The notes: generated by a model from the letters alone, not told the origin. A stretch of 64,000 nucleotides of DNA from Comamonadaceae bacterium (GCA_947450255.1 CANFVA010000001.1:339-64338), one strand, 5' to 3'; counted from the first letter of the stretch, positions 1-11,501 are shown. Made by a program: numbers and translations.

Positions 1-390
1 GAATGGAAAGGCGGTGCAGAAACCAACAAAATCTTAGGCCGGCAAGAAAATCCCGTACCCATAGACAGCATTTGCGTACGCGTCGGCGCCATGCGCTGCC
101 ACAGCCAGAGCCTGACCATCAAAATGAAGCGTGATGTGCCCTTGGCCGACATTGAAGATATGCTGAAAAATGACAATGCCTGGGTGCGTTTTGTGGCCAA
201 TAACCGTATGGACAGCGTGCGCGACCTGACGCCCGTGGCGGTCACTGGCACCATGGACATTGCCGTTGGCCGGGTACGCAAACTGGCCATGGGCCCGGAG
301 TATCTCGGCGCCTTCACGATTGGCGACCAACTACTCTGGGGCGCCGCCGAACCGCTGCGCCGCATGTTGCGGATTCTGTTAAAGGCCTAA
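1..390 (+). CDS. asd: Aspartate-semialdehyde dehydrogenase, C-terminal part (5' end outside window)
   Basis: Frame 1 is open from base 1 (EWKGGAETNKILG...CVRVGAMRCHSQ...GDQLLWGAAEPLRRML), typical Asd C-terminal motifs; asd-fimV-truA synteny. Confidence 0.96.
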   Translation, partial: EWKGGAETNKILGRQENPVPIDSICVRVGAMRCHSQSLTIKMKRDVPLADIEDMLKNDNAWVRFVANNRMDSVRDLTPVAVTGTMDIAVGRVRKLAMGPEYLGAFTIGDQLLWGAAEPLRRMLRILLKA

Positions 391-479
391 TTTCTAGCCC
401 TACGCACAGTTTTTTTAAAAGCAACCCTTATCTATAAGGCGCAAACGCCCCCAAATTTCTAATTTTATTAGGTAATTTC

Positions 480-516
480 GATTATTAATATCGTTATCAT
501 AATTTATAATGATAAT
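480..516 (+). promoter_or_regulatory. AT-rich promoter region of fimV with a Fur-box-like site (480-498) and TATAAT (505-510)
   Basis: GATTATTAATATCGTTATC matches the Fur consensus GATAATGAT(A/T)ATCATTATC at 15/19; inverted repeat TTATCAT(494-500)-N8-ATGATAA(509-515). Confidence 0.45.
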
Positions 517-547
517 ATCGTGACAATCGAGTATCAGGGGGGTTGAC

Positions 548-2848
548 ATGGGTTGGACACGCGTTTTTCCGGTAAGGCGGCCATCGGCTATTTTTTGCCT
601 GACGGCCGCTCTTTACGCCGGCACGGCCCATGCCATTTCGCTAACGTCCATTAGCGTACGGTCGTATTTAGGACAAAACCTAGTGGCCGAAGTAGACGTT
701 CTGAACATCTCTCCACAAGAAGAAGCCAGTTTGAGCGTCAGTATCGGAGCCCCTAAGGCTTTTCTTGATTTAAATATGGACTACAGCCAATCTATCGGTG
801 ATGCGCAAGTGGAACTGCTGCGCCGCCCGGATGGCACGCGATATATCAAACTGCGCAGTGCACGCCCGATAGCAGAGCCCTTCGTCGATCTGGTGATCGA
901 AGTCAATTCCAGCATCGCCAAAATAGTACGGCCTTACCGACTGCTTCTGGACCCGCCGCCGTCCCATGATGGCGACATCATGGCGCCCGAATTGGCGCAG
1001 CGCATGTCAGGGCCCAGTAACACAGCGCTAGGGTCGTCCACCACAGAAATTACGCCTGTTGCACCGGCGGGTACAGCGAAAACCGCCGGGGTTAAGTCCC
1101 CCAAGCGTGCAGATGAAAATCAAGCCTCTGCGCCGGAGACGGGACTAAATATTTTGGTGCGCCGGGGCGATACCGCCGGAAAAATAGCAAATCGTTTGAA
1201 ACCCGACACCTCCAGCATTGAGCAAATGCTGATCGCCTTATTGCAGTCCAATACCCAGGCTTTTATACGTGGTAACGTCAATTTGATTCAAGAGGGCGCA
1301 ACGCTTTATGTACCGCCTGCTGAGACGGTCGATCAGGTTGACGCCAAAGAGGCACGCACACGCCTAGCCGCGCAAAGTTTGGCATTTAATACCCTGCAGC
1401 AGTCGGGTAAGCAGCAGCTTTATGCCGCCAAGGGTACGGAATATTCCACCGCCAGCCCCGTCCTTGCTAACCCGTCAAATGCAAAAAGTCACGACGAGGC
1501 CAGGGTTGACGCCCTCAAACTTAGTAAAAACACCAAAGTTGACAAAAAAGAAGTCGAAAAACTTGAAAAAATAGCCAAAGAAAAGAACAAGCAAAGCGAG
1601 TTAGAGCGGGCTGCGGAACTCGCTAAAAACATTCGTGAGCTCGACGCCTTAGCCAAAGCCAGCTCGGCTCCACCGCTCCCGTCGGCAGGTCCTGCCCCCC
1701 AGGTGGTCACCGCAGCTGCCGCCGTGGGCACGGCGCCCGTCGCTGCCAGTCTGCCGGGCGCCTCCAGCGCAGAGAATGCAGCATCAACTTTCGCGGGAGC
1801 TTCCCAAGCTTCACCGCCCTCGCTGCCCAAAGCCCCGCTAGCAAATGCTTCCAGCGTGGATGCGCTTGCCACCCCGCCCGACTTCTTGGATGTGGCGATG
1901 GAAACCGCATTCGACTCCTTGGGCGCAGTCTTGGCTGCCCTGGGTGTCTTGGCCGTCGGCGTCGGAGCCGTGGGTTGGGCGCACAAGCGCAAGAAAAAAA
2001 AATCCAGCCCTGATGCACCGGCGCCGGCCGACAAAAGTGCGGCTCCATGGGCCAACATTACTGAACTCGGAGATTCCGCGTACGGTGGCGACCAAGTAGA
2101 CACCAGTCTTTCAAACACCAAAATACCGGCTGAAAACTCCGTTTTCGCCGCTGAGTTGGACCCCGTGGCTGAAGCCGATGTGTACCTGGCCTATGGAAAG
2201 GATGAGCCAGCCGAAGAGATCTTGCGCGAGGGGCTGGCGCAAGACCCCAAACGGGTCGCCATTCATGTGAAACTGGCCGAGATTTATGCGGCGCGTAGAG
2301 ACACTGCCAACTTCGCGATCCACGGTGCCCAGGTACAAAGCCTTGCCGGTGCCTCCAGCGTGGAGTGGGCGCAGATTCAGACCTTGGGACAGGCCCTGGA
2401 ACCGACCAATCCGCGCTATCAAGCGACCCAAGCGCAAGCGCCTGCATTGCAGACAATTGGCGCAAGCCTCGATTTCGAAGATCTGGACGTCAGTAACAAC
2501 CAAGCGCCGGTTTTCGCAGGTCGCTCGCCAGGATCGGCGCTTGGGCCCAACCTGGACCCCGTGCTATCCTTCGCACCTGGCTCGGACAGCGCCTCTTTGT
2601 TGGCAAAAACCAGCTTCCCAAAGCCTGATGCGTTTGCTTTAGATACTGTATCGCTGGACTTAGCCCCTGACCCTTCCCCGAAGACGCAAAGCATTGCAGA
2701 GCAGTTGGAAACCTCTATGGAATTGGCAAAAAAATTTATAGAAATAGGTGAACTTCAAGGCGCGCGCGACATGCTGAGCGAAGTGATCCGCTATGGTTCA
2801 GACGAGCAGCGTTCCAAGGCACAAACCCTTTTGGCAAAACTCAAGTGA
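548..2848 (+). CDS. fimV: FimV/HubP-family polar landmark protein
   Basis: Signal peptide, FimV N-domain (SISVRSYLGQNLVAEV), LysM-like segment (VRRGDT...LLQSNTQAFIRGNVNLIQEGATL), coiled coil, TM helix followed by KRKKKK, DPVAEADVYLAYG TPR motif and C-terminal FimV domain (LAKKFIEIGELQGARDMLSEV). Confidence 0.88.
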   Translation: MGWTRVFPVRRPSAIFCLTAALYAGTAHAISLTSISVRSYLGQNLVAEVDVLNISPQEEASLSVSIGAPKAFLDLNMDYSQSIGDAQVELLRRPDGTRYIKLRSARPIAEPFVDLVIEVNSSIAKIVRPYRLLLDPPPSHDGDIMAPELAQRMSGPSNTALGSSTTEITPVAPAGTAKTAGVKSPKRADENQASAPETGLNILVRRGDTAGKIANRLKPDTSSIEQMLIALLQSNTQAFIRGNVNLIQEGATLYVPPAETVDQVDAKEARTRLAAQSLAFNTLQQSGKQQLYAAKGTEYSTASPVLANPSNAKSHDEARVDALKLSKNTKVDKKEVEKLEKIAKEKNKQSELERAAELAKNIRELDALAKASSAPPLPSAGPAPQVVTAAAAVGTAPVAASLPGASSAENAASTFAGASQASPPSLPKAPLANASSVDALATPPDFLDVAMETAFDSLGAVLAALGVLAVGVGAVGWAHKRKKKKSSPDAPAPADKSAAPWANITELGDSAYGGDQVDTSLSNTKIPAENSVFAAELDPVAEADVYLAYGKDEPAEEILREGLAQDPKRVAIHVKLAEIYAARRDTANFAIHGAQVQSLAGASSVEWAQIQTLGQALEPTNPRYQATQAQAPALQTIGASLDFEDLDVSNNQAPVFAGRSPGSALGPNLDPVLSFAPGSDSASLLAKTSFPKPDAFALDTVSLDLAPDPSPKTQSIAEQLETSMELAKKFIEIGELQGARDMLSEVIRYGSDEQRSKAQTLLAKLK

Positions 2849-2882
2849 AGCTCGCTGCGGCGAGCACAATCAGGGCCAGGCC

Positions 2883-3665
2883 ATGCGCATGGTTCTAGGC
2901 CTGAGCTACAACGGCCTGTCCTACCAAGGCTGGCAGAGTCAGCCCTCGGGCCTTACAGTGCAAGATCGCTTGGAAGCGGCGCTCGCTGCGTTCACGGGCG
3001 CACGTATCTCCACGCTATGCGCGGGACGCACCGACGCTGGGGTACATGCTCTGATGCAAGTCGTGCACTTTCAAAGCCCGGTTGAGCGCAGCAACCATGC
3101 CTGGGTACGTGGAACCAATAGCAAATTGCCCAGTGACATCGCAGTGGAATGGGCTCTGCCCGCCCCGCCCGAATTTCATTGTCGCGCCAGCGCCATTAGC
3201 CGCCGCTACGCGTATGTTTTGCGCCAGTCCGAAGTGCGCCCTACCCTGGAAGCAGGCCGTGTAGGCTGGAGCTTCAGGCAACTCGATGGCGCGGCGATGC
3301 GCAGGGCGGCTGACTATTTGCTGGGTGAGCACGACTTCAGCTCGTTTCGTGCATCGGAATGCCAGGCCCTCTCGCCAGTCAAAAATCTGCTGCGTATCGA
3401 CATGGTCCAACGCGGCGCCTATTGGCGTTTTGATTTTGAAGCCAGCGCCTTTTTGCACCACATGATCCGCAACATCATGGGCTCACTGGTGCGCGTAGGA
3501 CAGGGCCTGGAGCCGCCTGAATGGATGGGCGCCGTTCTGCAAGCGCGCGACCGAAAACTGGCTGCGCCGACTTTTTCCCCCGCGGGTCTGTATTTCCTGG
3601 GCCCCCGCTATGCCCCGCACTTTGGCATGCCCGAGCACACGCCTGCGTATGATTGGCTGCCATGA
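2883..3665 (+). CDS. truA: tRNA pseudouridine(38-40) synthase
   Basis: SYNGLSYQGWQSQ, catalytic AGRTDAGVHA, FLHHMIRNIMG; start moved to ATG 2883. Confidence 0.97.
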   Translation: MRMVLGLSYNGLSYQGWQSQPSGLTVQDRLEAALAAFTGARISTLCAGRTDAGVHALMQVVHFQSPVERSNHAWVRGTNSKLPSDIAVEWALPAPPEFHCRASAISRRYAYVLRQSEVRPTLEAGRVGWSFRQLDGAAMRRAADYLLGEHDFSSFRASECQALSPVKNLLRIDMVQRGAYWRFDFEASAFLHHMIRNIMGSLVRVGQGLEPPEWMGAVLQARDRKLAAPTFSPAGLYFLGPRYAPHFGMPEHTPAYDWLP

Positions 3666-4381
3666 ACACCCAGTCCATCTCCCTACGCACCAGGATAAAA
3701 ATTTGCGGCCTAACCCGTGAACAAGACGTGCAGGCAGCGGTGGCGGCGGGCGTAGACGCGATCGGCTTTGTGCTTTACGCCAAAAGCCCGCGCGCGATCA
3801 GCGCCGAACGCGCCGCCCAACTGGCCCGCTTGCTGCCCCCCTTCATCACCCCGGTGCTGCTGTTTGTCAATCCCCAGCCCAGCGAGGTGGCGGCAGCCTG
3901 CGCCTTGCTGCCCACGGCAATGCTACAACTGCATGGGGATGAAAGCCCCGATATCTGCGCACTGCTGGCCGGCGCTACGCAACGGCCTTTTTTGCGCGCC
4001 GCCCGCATTCCCACCGGCTCAGCGGGGGCAGATTTCGACCTCGTAAAATACGTGCTCGATTACTCCCAAGCCCAAGCCATCTTGCTCGACGCCCATGTCG
4101 AAGGATTCGGCGGCGGCGGTAAGGCATTCAATTGGTCACTCCTTCCTCTAAGCGTCAACGCTCACCTCGTCTTGAGTGGTGGACTCAATGCTGCAAACGT
4201 GGGCGATGGCATCGCCCTGCTACGGCCACGCTGTAAATCGCTGGCCGTGGACGTCAGTTCCGCAGTGGAAGTCGATGCGCCTGGGGGCGGAACCCTCAAA
4301 GGCATCAAAGACTTTGAAAAAATGAATCAGTTTGTCGCCGCCGTGCGCGCCGCCGACCAACGCCTTGCAGGATTAACTTGA
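3662..4381 (+). CDS. trpF: Phosphoribosylanthranilate isomerase
   Basis: [23 protein letters not shown] and VDVSSAVE motifs; ATGA overlap with the truA stop. Confidence 0.96.
   Translation: MNTQSISLRTRIKICGLTREQDVQAAVAAGVDAIGFVLYAKSPRAISAERAAQLARLLPPFITPVLLFVNPQPSEVAAACALLPTAMLQLHGDESPDICALLAGATQRPFLRAARIPTGSAGADFDLVKYVLDYSQAQAILLDAHVEGFGGGGKAFNWSLLPLSVNAHLVLSGGLNAANVGDGIALLRPRCKSLAVDVSSAVEVDAPGGGTLKGIKDFEKMNQFVAAVRAADQRLAGLT
4132..4236 (+). CDS. Putative Trp-rich leader peptide nested out of frame inside trpF ([34 protein letters not shown])
   Basis: TTG at 4132 preceded by TAAGG (4120-4124, 7 nt spacer); TGG TGG at 4177-4182 and TGG at 4207; TAA at 4234; TAAAAT -10-like box upstream at 4044-4049. 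Confidence 0.45.
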   Translation: MVTPSSKRQRSPRLEWWTQCCKRGRWHRPATATL

Positions 4382-4383
4382 AC

Positions 4384-5685
4384 ATGCTTGATTACCAACA
4401 ACCCGATGTCCGTGGCCATTTCGGCAAATACGGCGGCAGTTTTGTTTCCGAAACGCTAACCCACGCCATTAACGAACTCAAAGCCGCTTACGCGCGCTAC
4501 CAGCACGATCCGCAATTTGTAGCCGAATTCAAGTCCGAATTAGCCCATTTTGTAGGCCGCCCTTCACCGATTTACCACGCCGCGCGCATGAGCCGCGAGA
4601 TGGGTGGCGCACAGATTTACCTCAAGCGCGAAGACCTGAACCACACCGGCGCGCACAAAATCAACAACACCATTGGCCAGGCCATGCTGGCCAAGCGCAT
4701 GGGCAAGCCGCGCATCATCGCCGAGACGGGCGCTGGTCAGCACGGCGTGGCCACCGCGACCATCTGCGCCCGCTATGGCTTGGAATGCGTGGTGTATATG
4801 GGCAGCGAAGACGTCAAGCGCCAAAGCCCTAACGTCTATCGCATGAAGCTGCTAGGCGCCACCGTGGTGCCGGTCGAGTCTGGCAGCCGGACGCTTAAAG
4901 ACGCACTGAACGAAGCCATGCGCGACTGGGTCGCCAATGTGGACAATACTTTTTACATCATCGGCACCGTGGCTGGCCCGCATCCCTACCCCATGATGGT
5001 GCGCGATTTCCAGAGCATCATCGGCACCGAATGCATCGCCCAAATGCCCGACATGCTGGCTGCCCAACACGCTGCCAACACCCAGCCGGACGCCGTCATC
5101 GCCTGCGTGGGCGGCGGCAGCAATGCCATGGGCATTTTTTACCCCTACATCCCATTTGAAAACACACAATTGATCGGCGTGGAAGCAGCGGGCGAAGGCC
5201 TGGACAGCGGCAAGCATTCGGCCTCGATTCAGCGCGGTAGCGCGGGCGTATTGCATGGCAACCGCACCTATGTGCTCCAAGACGATAACGGCCAAGTCAC
5301 CGAGACGCACAGTATCAGCGCCGGCCTAGACTACCCTGGCGTCGGCCCCGAGCATGCCTTCCTGAGCGACATCGGTCGCGCGCAGTACGTGGGCATCACC
5401 GACAAGCAGGCGCTAGAGGCCTTCCACTACCTGTGCCGCACCGAAGGCATCATCCCGGCTCTGGAATCGAGCCACGCGGTGGCCTACGCCATGGATTTGG
5501 CTAAGACGATGCGGCCTGACCAGTCGATATTGGTCAATCTTTCGGGCCGGGGTGACAAAGACATCGGCACCGTGGCGGACCTGAGCAATGGCGACTTCTT
5601 TTGCCGCCCGAGCTGCCAAGGGCAAAGCGTCAAAGGGGGTATCGAGCATCCTGTCACGCTGCATGGCCTGGGAGCCAAAGCATGA
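4384..5685 (+). CDS. trpB: Tryptophan synthase beta chain
   Basis: [15 protein letters not shown] (PLP lysine), [38 protein letters not shown]; alternative TTG start at 4378. Confidence 0.98.
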   Translation: MLDYQQPDVRGHFGKYGGSFVSETLTHAINELKAAYARYQHDPQFVAEFKSELAHFVGRPSPIYHAARMSREMGGAQIYLKREDLNHTGAHKINNTIGQAMLAKRMGKPRIIAETGAGQHGVATATICARYGLECVVYMGSEDVKRQSPNVYRMKLLGATVVPVESGSRTLKDALNEAMRDWVANVDNTFYIIGTVAGPHPYPMMVRDFQSIIGTECIAQMPDMLAAQHAANTQPDAVIACVGGGSNAMGIFYPYIPFENTQLIGVEAAGEGLDSGKHSASIQRGSAGVLHGNRTYVLQDDNGQVTETHSISAGLDYPGVGPEHAFLSDIGRAQYVGITDKQALEAFHYLCRTEGIIPALESSHAVAYAMDLAKTMRPDQSILVNLSGRGDKDIGTVADLSNGDFFCRPSCQGQSVKGGIEHPVTLHGLGAKA

Positions 5686-6503
5686 GCCGCATCCAAAGCA
5701 CCTTTACCGCCCTGGCTGCGCAAGGCCGCAAGGCTTTGATTCCCTTTGTAACCGCAGGCTTTCCGTATGCGGATGTCACGCCCGAACTCATGCATGCGAT
5801 GGTGGCGGCGGGAGCGGACGTCATCGAGTTGGGCGTGCCTTTTTCCGACCCCAGCGCCGACGGCCCGGTGATCCAGCGCTCGGGCGACAAAGCCTTGGCC
5901 ATGGGCATCGGTATGGTGCAGGTGCTGGAGATGGTGCGCCAATTTAGGCAGACCAACCACAACACGCCAGTGGTGCTGATGGGCTATGCCAATCCCATAG
6001 AGCGCTACGACCAGCGCCACGCCGCGCCCGGCGTGGACAGCCCCTTTGTCCACGATGCCGCGCAAGCGGGAGTGGACGGCGTGCTGGTAGTGGACTACCC
6101 GCCGGAGGAATGCGTCGAATTTGCAGCCCAGCTGCGCGCCCGCGATATGGATTTGATATTTTTGCTGGCCCCGACCAGCACCGACGAGCGTATGGCGCAG
6201 GTGGCGGCGGTGGCCAGCGGCTATGTGTATTACGTCTCGCTCAAGGGCGTAACCGGCGCGGGCACGCTGGACACCGATGCGGTGAGCGCCATGTTGCCGC
6301 GCATTCGCCGCCACATCCAAATTCCCGTGGGTGTGGGCTTTGGTATCCGCGACGGCGCGACCGCAGCCACCATCGCCCAAGTGGCAGATGCCGTGGTGAT
6401 CGGCAGCAAAATGATCCAATTGATTGAAAATGCGGCCCGCGATACAGTGGCGCCCACGGCCCAGGCATTTTTGCGCGAAGTGCGCGATGCCATGGATGCT
6501 TGA
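5682..6503 (+). CDS. trpA: Tryptophan synthase alpha chain
   Basis: [35 protein letters not shown]; ATGA overlap with trpB. Confidence 0.98.
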   Translation: MSRIQSTFTALAAQGRKALIPFVTAGFPYADVTPELMHAMVAAGADVIELGVPFSDPSADGPVIQRSGDKALAMGIGMVQVLEMVRQFRQTNHNTPVVLMGYANPIERYDQRHAAPGVDSPFVHDAAQAGVDGVLVVDYPPEECVEFAAQLRARDMDLIFLLAPTSTDERMAQVAAVASGYVYYVSLKGVTGAGTLDTDAVSAMLPRIRRHIQIPVGVGFGIRDGATAATIAQVADAVVIGSKMIQLIENAARDTVAPTAQAFLREVRDAMDA

Positions 6504-6554
6504 CACCGGCGGTGCACCCGCAGGTCCTGCGCACACGCAATACGGAGTACGACT

Positions 6555-7427
6555 ATGAGCTGGCTTGAAAAACTGCTACCTGCCAAGATTGAGCAGACCG
6601 ACCCCGCCGACCGCCGGACGGTGCCCGAAGGCTTGTGGGTTAAATGTCCGGGCTGCGAGACCGTGTTGTACAAGTCGGACTTGGAGCAAAACCTCAATGT
6701 CTGCCCTACCTGCAGCCACCACCACCGCATCGGTGCGCGGGCGCGGCTGGATGCCTTTTTGGACAATGAAGGGCGCTTCGAAATCGGGCAGGAAGTGTTA
6801 CCGGTGGACGCGCTCAAATTCAAAGACAGCCGCAAATACCCCGAGCGCCTCAAAGAGGCTCTGGAAAACACTAACGAAACCGATGCCCTAGTGGTCATTG
6901 GAGGTTCGGTGCATGGCATTGGCGTGGTCGCCGCCTGCTTTGAATTTGAATTTATGGGCGGCAGCATGGGCTCGGTAGTGGGCGAGCGTTTTGTGCGCGG
7001 CGTGGAGGCCGCTATCGAACAAAAATCTGCTTTTCTGTGCTTTACTGCCACCGGCGGCGCCCGCATGCAGGAGGGCTTGCTCAGCCTGATGCAAATGGCC
7101 AAAACCAATGCCTCGCTGACACGCTTGGCCAAAAAAGGGCTGCCTTACATCAGTGTGCTGACCGACCCGACCATGGGTGGCGTCAGCGCCGGTTTTGCCT
7201 TTTTGGGTGATATCGTGATTGCCGAGCCCAAAGCCCTGATCGGCTTTGCCGGGCCGCGGGTGATTGAGTCGACCGTGCGCGTCACCTTGCCTGAAGGCTT
7301 CCAGCGCTCGGAGTTTTTGCAAACCAAGGGCGCGATTGACCTGATTTGCGACCGCCGTGAAATGCGCAAAACCGTGGCCGAAGCGTTGGCCATGTTACAG
7401 CGCCATCCCACCGACGCGGTAATTTGA
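6555..7427 (+). CDS. accD: Acetyl-CoA carboxylase carboxyltransferase beta subunit
   Basis: Zn finger CPGC...[33 protein letters not shown]. Confidence 0.98.
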   Translation: MSWLEKLLPAKIEQTDPADRRTVPEGLWVKCPGCETVLYKSDLEQNLNVCPTCSHHHRIGARARLDAFLDNEGRFEIGQEVLPVDALKFKDSRKYPERLKEALENTNETDALVVIGGSVHGIGVVAACFEFEFMGGSMGSVVGERFVRGVEAAIEQKSAFLCFTATGGARMQEGLLSLMQMAKTNASLTRLAKKGLPYISVLTDPTMGGVSAGFAFLGDIVIAEPKALIGFAGPRVIESTVRVTLPEGFQRSEFLQTKGAIDLICDRREMRKTVAEALAMLQRHPTDAVI

Positions 7428-7453
7428 GGCGGGCAGGTGCCGGAGTCGCTGCT

Positions 7454-8023
7454 TCAGGCCAGCAGCATCAAGATGGCGCCATCGAGTGGATGGATTAGCA
7501 AGCCAGTAATTTGCAGCGCCAACAACAAAGCCAAGGGCGATAAATCCACTCCACCCACCAAGGGCAAATAACGGCGAATGGGCGCCAGCAAGGGCGCTAC
7601 CAAGCGATCCAACAAGTCTGACACGGGAGAGGCCGACTGCACCCAGGACAAGAGCGCGTAAATGAACACGATGGCTGTGGTGCCTGACACCGTCAAGCGC
7701 AGCAAGCCCACTGCCGCCAAACCGGCTACTGCACCAAAACCATAGGGCATGCCCTGCACCAACCATAGCAGTGAAAACTGGCCTAATTCCAAAACATAGG
7801 CCGCCAACAAACTGGCCAAGTCCAGCCAGCCCAAGCCCGGCAAGATGCGCCGCAGCGGCAACACAATCCAATCACTGACAGCGAATAAAAAAGGCCCGAT
7901 CGGATTGCCGGCCCGCGCGGACATGGGTATGCGCTGCTGCTGCATATATAAGCGTAGCAAACAGGCCCCGCCGATGACACCGACGACAAGGTCCAAAACC
8001 ATCGCAATAATTTGGTAGGGCAT
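7454..8023 (-). CDS. yggT: YggT family membrane protein
   Basis: Two YGGT-like repeats (NPIGPFLFAVSDWIVLPLRRILP; LLAPIRRYLPLVGGVDLSPL); start moved to ATG 8023. Confidence 0.85.
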   Translation of the reverse strand: MPYQIIAMVLDLVVGVIGGACLLRLYMQQQRIPMSARAGNPIGPFLFAVSDWIVLPLRRILPGLGWLDLASLLAAYVLELGQFSLLWLVQGMPYGFGAVAGLAAVGLLRLTVSGTTAIVFIYALLSWVQSASPVSDLLDRLVAPLLAPIRRYLPLVGGVDLSPLALLLALQITGLLIHPLDGAILMLLA

Positions 8024-8171
8024 GTCCAAAGGCAGCGCGCGCAGCGAGCCATTTCCAAGAAATAGGCGGGATGATAAACGCCAGCGGCGCGCTCTTAGAA
8101 TCGCCGCTTCGCCCGGCCGTCCCATGAGCCCTACCGACGGCCTGCATTTTTTCTCTTAGAAGCGTCCATCC

Positions 8172-9719
<1,548 letters not shown>

Positions 9720-9742
9720 ACCGGCCAGCGCTGCCCGCCCGC

Positions 9743-10276
9743 ATGAACTCGGCTACCCAGGGACGGGAGGTCCCACTTTATTTGCGTGTCTATCCCCAAG
9801 ACACCGTCGCCCAGGTGCAAACGATGCTGGCGCACGGGACGGTGGGCGATTGGTTGCTCGGCAAATACCCGCAAGGCCATGCGGTGCGCACTGACGGTGC
9901 TTTGTATGCCTATGTGCAGGAGATTCGACAAAGCCACATGCGCAGCGTGGCGGGTATCAGCAAGATCGCGTACGACAGCAAATTGCAAGTGATTGCGCAT
10001 GCACTGGGGACACACACCCGCATTTCCCGCGTGCAAGGCGGCAAACTCAAGGCCAAGCGCGAACTGCGTATTGCCAGCCTGTTTAAAGCGACGCCGGAAG
10101 ATTTTTTGCGCATGATTGTGGTGCACGAGCTGGCCCATTTGCGCGAAAAAGACCACGACAAAAGTTTTTACCAGCTGTGCCAACACATGGAGCCGCGCTA
10201 CCACCAACTCGAGTTTGAATTGCGGGTGTACCTGACCTACCTGGACGCGGGTGGCAGCGGCCTATGGAGCGCCTGA
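9743..10276 (+). CDS. YgjP-like (DUF45/M48-like) metal-dependent hydrolase
   Basis: HELAH zinc motif in MIVVHELAHLREKDHDKSFYQLC; SRVQGGKLKAKRELRIA is typical of YgjP homologues. Confidence 0.8.
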   Translation: MNSATQGREVPLYLRVYPQDTVAQVQTMLAHGTVGDWLLGKYPQGHAVRTDGALYAYVQEIRQSHMRSVAGISKIAYDSKLQVIAHALGTHTRISRVQGGKLKAKRELRIASLFKATPEDFLRMIVVHELAHLREKDHDKSFYQLCQHMEPRYHQLEFELRVYLTYLDAGGSGLWSA

Positions 10277-10298
10277 GACAGCGCCCCAGCCAGGTCGC

Positions 10299-11501
10299 CT
10301 AGGCCAAAACGGCCAGGGCCTGCGCGATATCGGCCTGCAAATCCTCGGTTGCCTCCAAACCCACCGCGAATCGCACCAGTGTGCCACGCGCAATGGCCGC
10401 AGGCCAGGCGCCACGCATTCGGTCCAGGTTGTAGGGCACGACCAGGCTGACCGGGCCCGCCCAGCTGTAGCCCAATCGGAACAACTGCAAGCGGTCGCAG
10501 AACGCATCCACTTGGGGTTGCGTAAAGCGCGGATCGATCACCACACTGAACAAGCACGCGGCAGCGCCCTGGCCCTGGGGCGCACACAAGCGCTGCCAAT
10601 GGGCATGGCCGGGCGAACCGGTAAGCGCCGGATGCAAGACCTGCACAAATGCCGCTTGCGTCTGGCACCAGACCGCCAACGCGCGGGTGCTCTGGTCCTG
10701 GGCCCGGTAGCGCAGGGCGATCGAGGGCAAGCTGCGCAAGACCATCTCGGCATCGTTGGCGCCCACGTTCAAACCCAGGCGCATATGGCAGAGTTTGATG
10801 CGCATATGCAAATCCGCATCGCGCGTGATCACACTGCCCATCAAGACATCGCCGCCACCGCTGGGGTATTTGGTCAGTGCCTGAATCGAAATATCCACGG
10901 CACAGGGTTGACCGGGCGTTAAATCAAAAGGTGTGAACGCGACACCTGCGCCCCAGGTGTTGTCCAGGGCCACCAGCGCGCCGTGCTGCTGGCAGAGGCG
11001 GGTCAATTGGGCTAAATCCGGGAATTCCAAGGTTACTGAGCCCGGCGCCTCCAGCCAGACCAGACGCGTCGCACTGGAGAGCTTGGACTGCAAATCCCGG
11101 GGATCCATGGGGTTGTAAAAGCGGTGACGCACACCCCAACCGAGCAACTCCCCTTCCATCAGAGTTTTATTGGGCTCATAACAATTGTCGGGTAGTAAGA
11201 CCTCGTCACCCGATTGCAGCAAAGCCAGCGCGACCAAGGCAATGGCCGAAAGGCCACTGGGCGTGAGCACACATTGCAAGCCGCCTTCCAGCGTGCACAA
11301 GCGCTCTTCCAGCATGTAGGTGGTGGGGGTGCCGTGCAAGCCATAGGTGTATGCCGTTTTGTCTTTCCACTGGCGGCTGCGCATCGCGGCCACCGAGGGG
11401 AAAAATACCGTGGAGGCTTTGAAAACACCCGCAACCGGCGATGCAAACCCCTGCGGCGGTTCGTAGGGATGGTGAATCAGCGTGGTGCTTGGGTGCTTCA
11501 T
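10299..11501 (-). CDS. metC: Cystathionine beta-lyase (PLP-dependent Cys/Met metabolism)
   Basis: YGLHGTPT, PSGLSAI, LEAPGS, DNTWG, QALTKY (PLP lysine), FRLGYSWAG. Confidence 0.88.
   Translation of the reverse strand: MKHPSTTLIHHPYEPPQGFASPVAGVFKASTVFFPSVAAMRSRQWKDKTAYTYGLHGTPTTYMLEERLCTLEGGLQCVLTPSGLSAIALVALALLQSGDEVLLPDNCYEPNKTLMEGELLGWGVRHRFYNPMDPRDLQSKLSSATRLVWLEAPGSVTLEFPDLAQLTRLCQQHGALVALDNTWGAGVAFTPFDLTPGQPCAVDISIQALTKYPSGGGDVLMGSVITRDADLHMRIKLCHMRLGLNVGANDAEMVLRSLPSIALRYRAQDQSTRALAVWCQTQAAFVQVLHPALTGSPGHAHWQRLCAPQGQGAAACLFSVVIDPRFTQPQVDAFCDRLQLFRLGYSWAGPVSLVVPYNLDRMRGAWPAAIARGTLVRFAVGLEATEDLQADIAQALAVLA

Noticed and set aside
4095-4151. Second out-of-frame mini-ORF in trpF ([18 protein letters not shown])
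   Set aside because: No Trp codons and no SD; the TTG-initiated WW ORF in the other frame explains the codon anomaly better.
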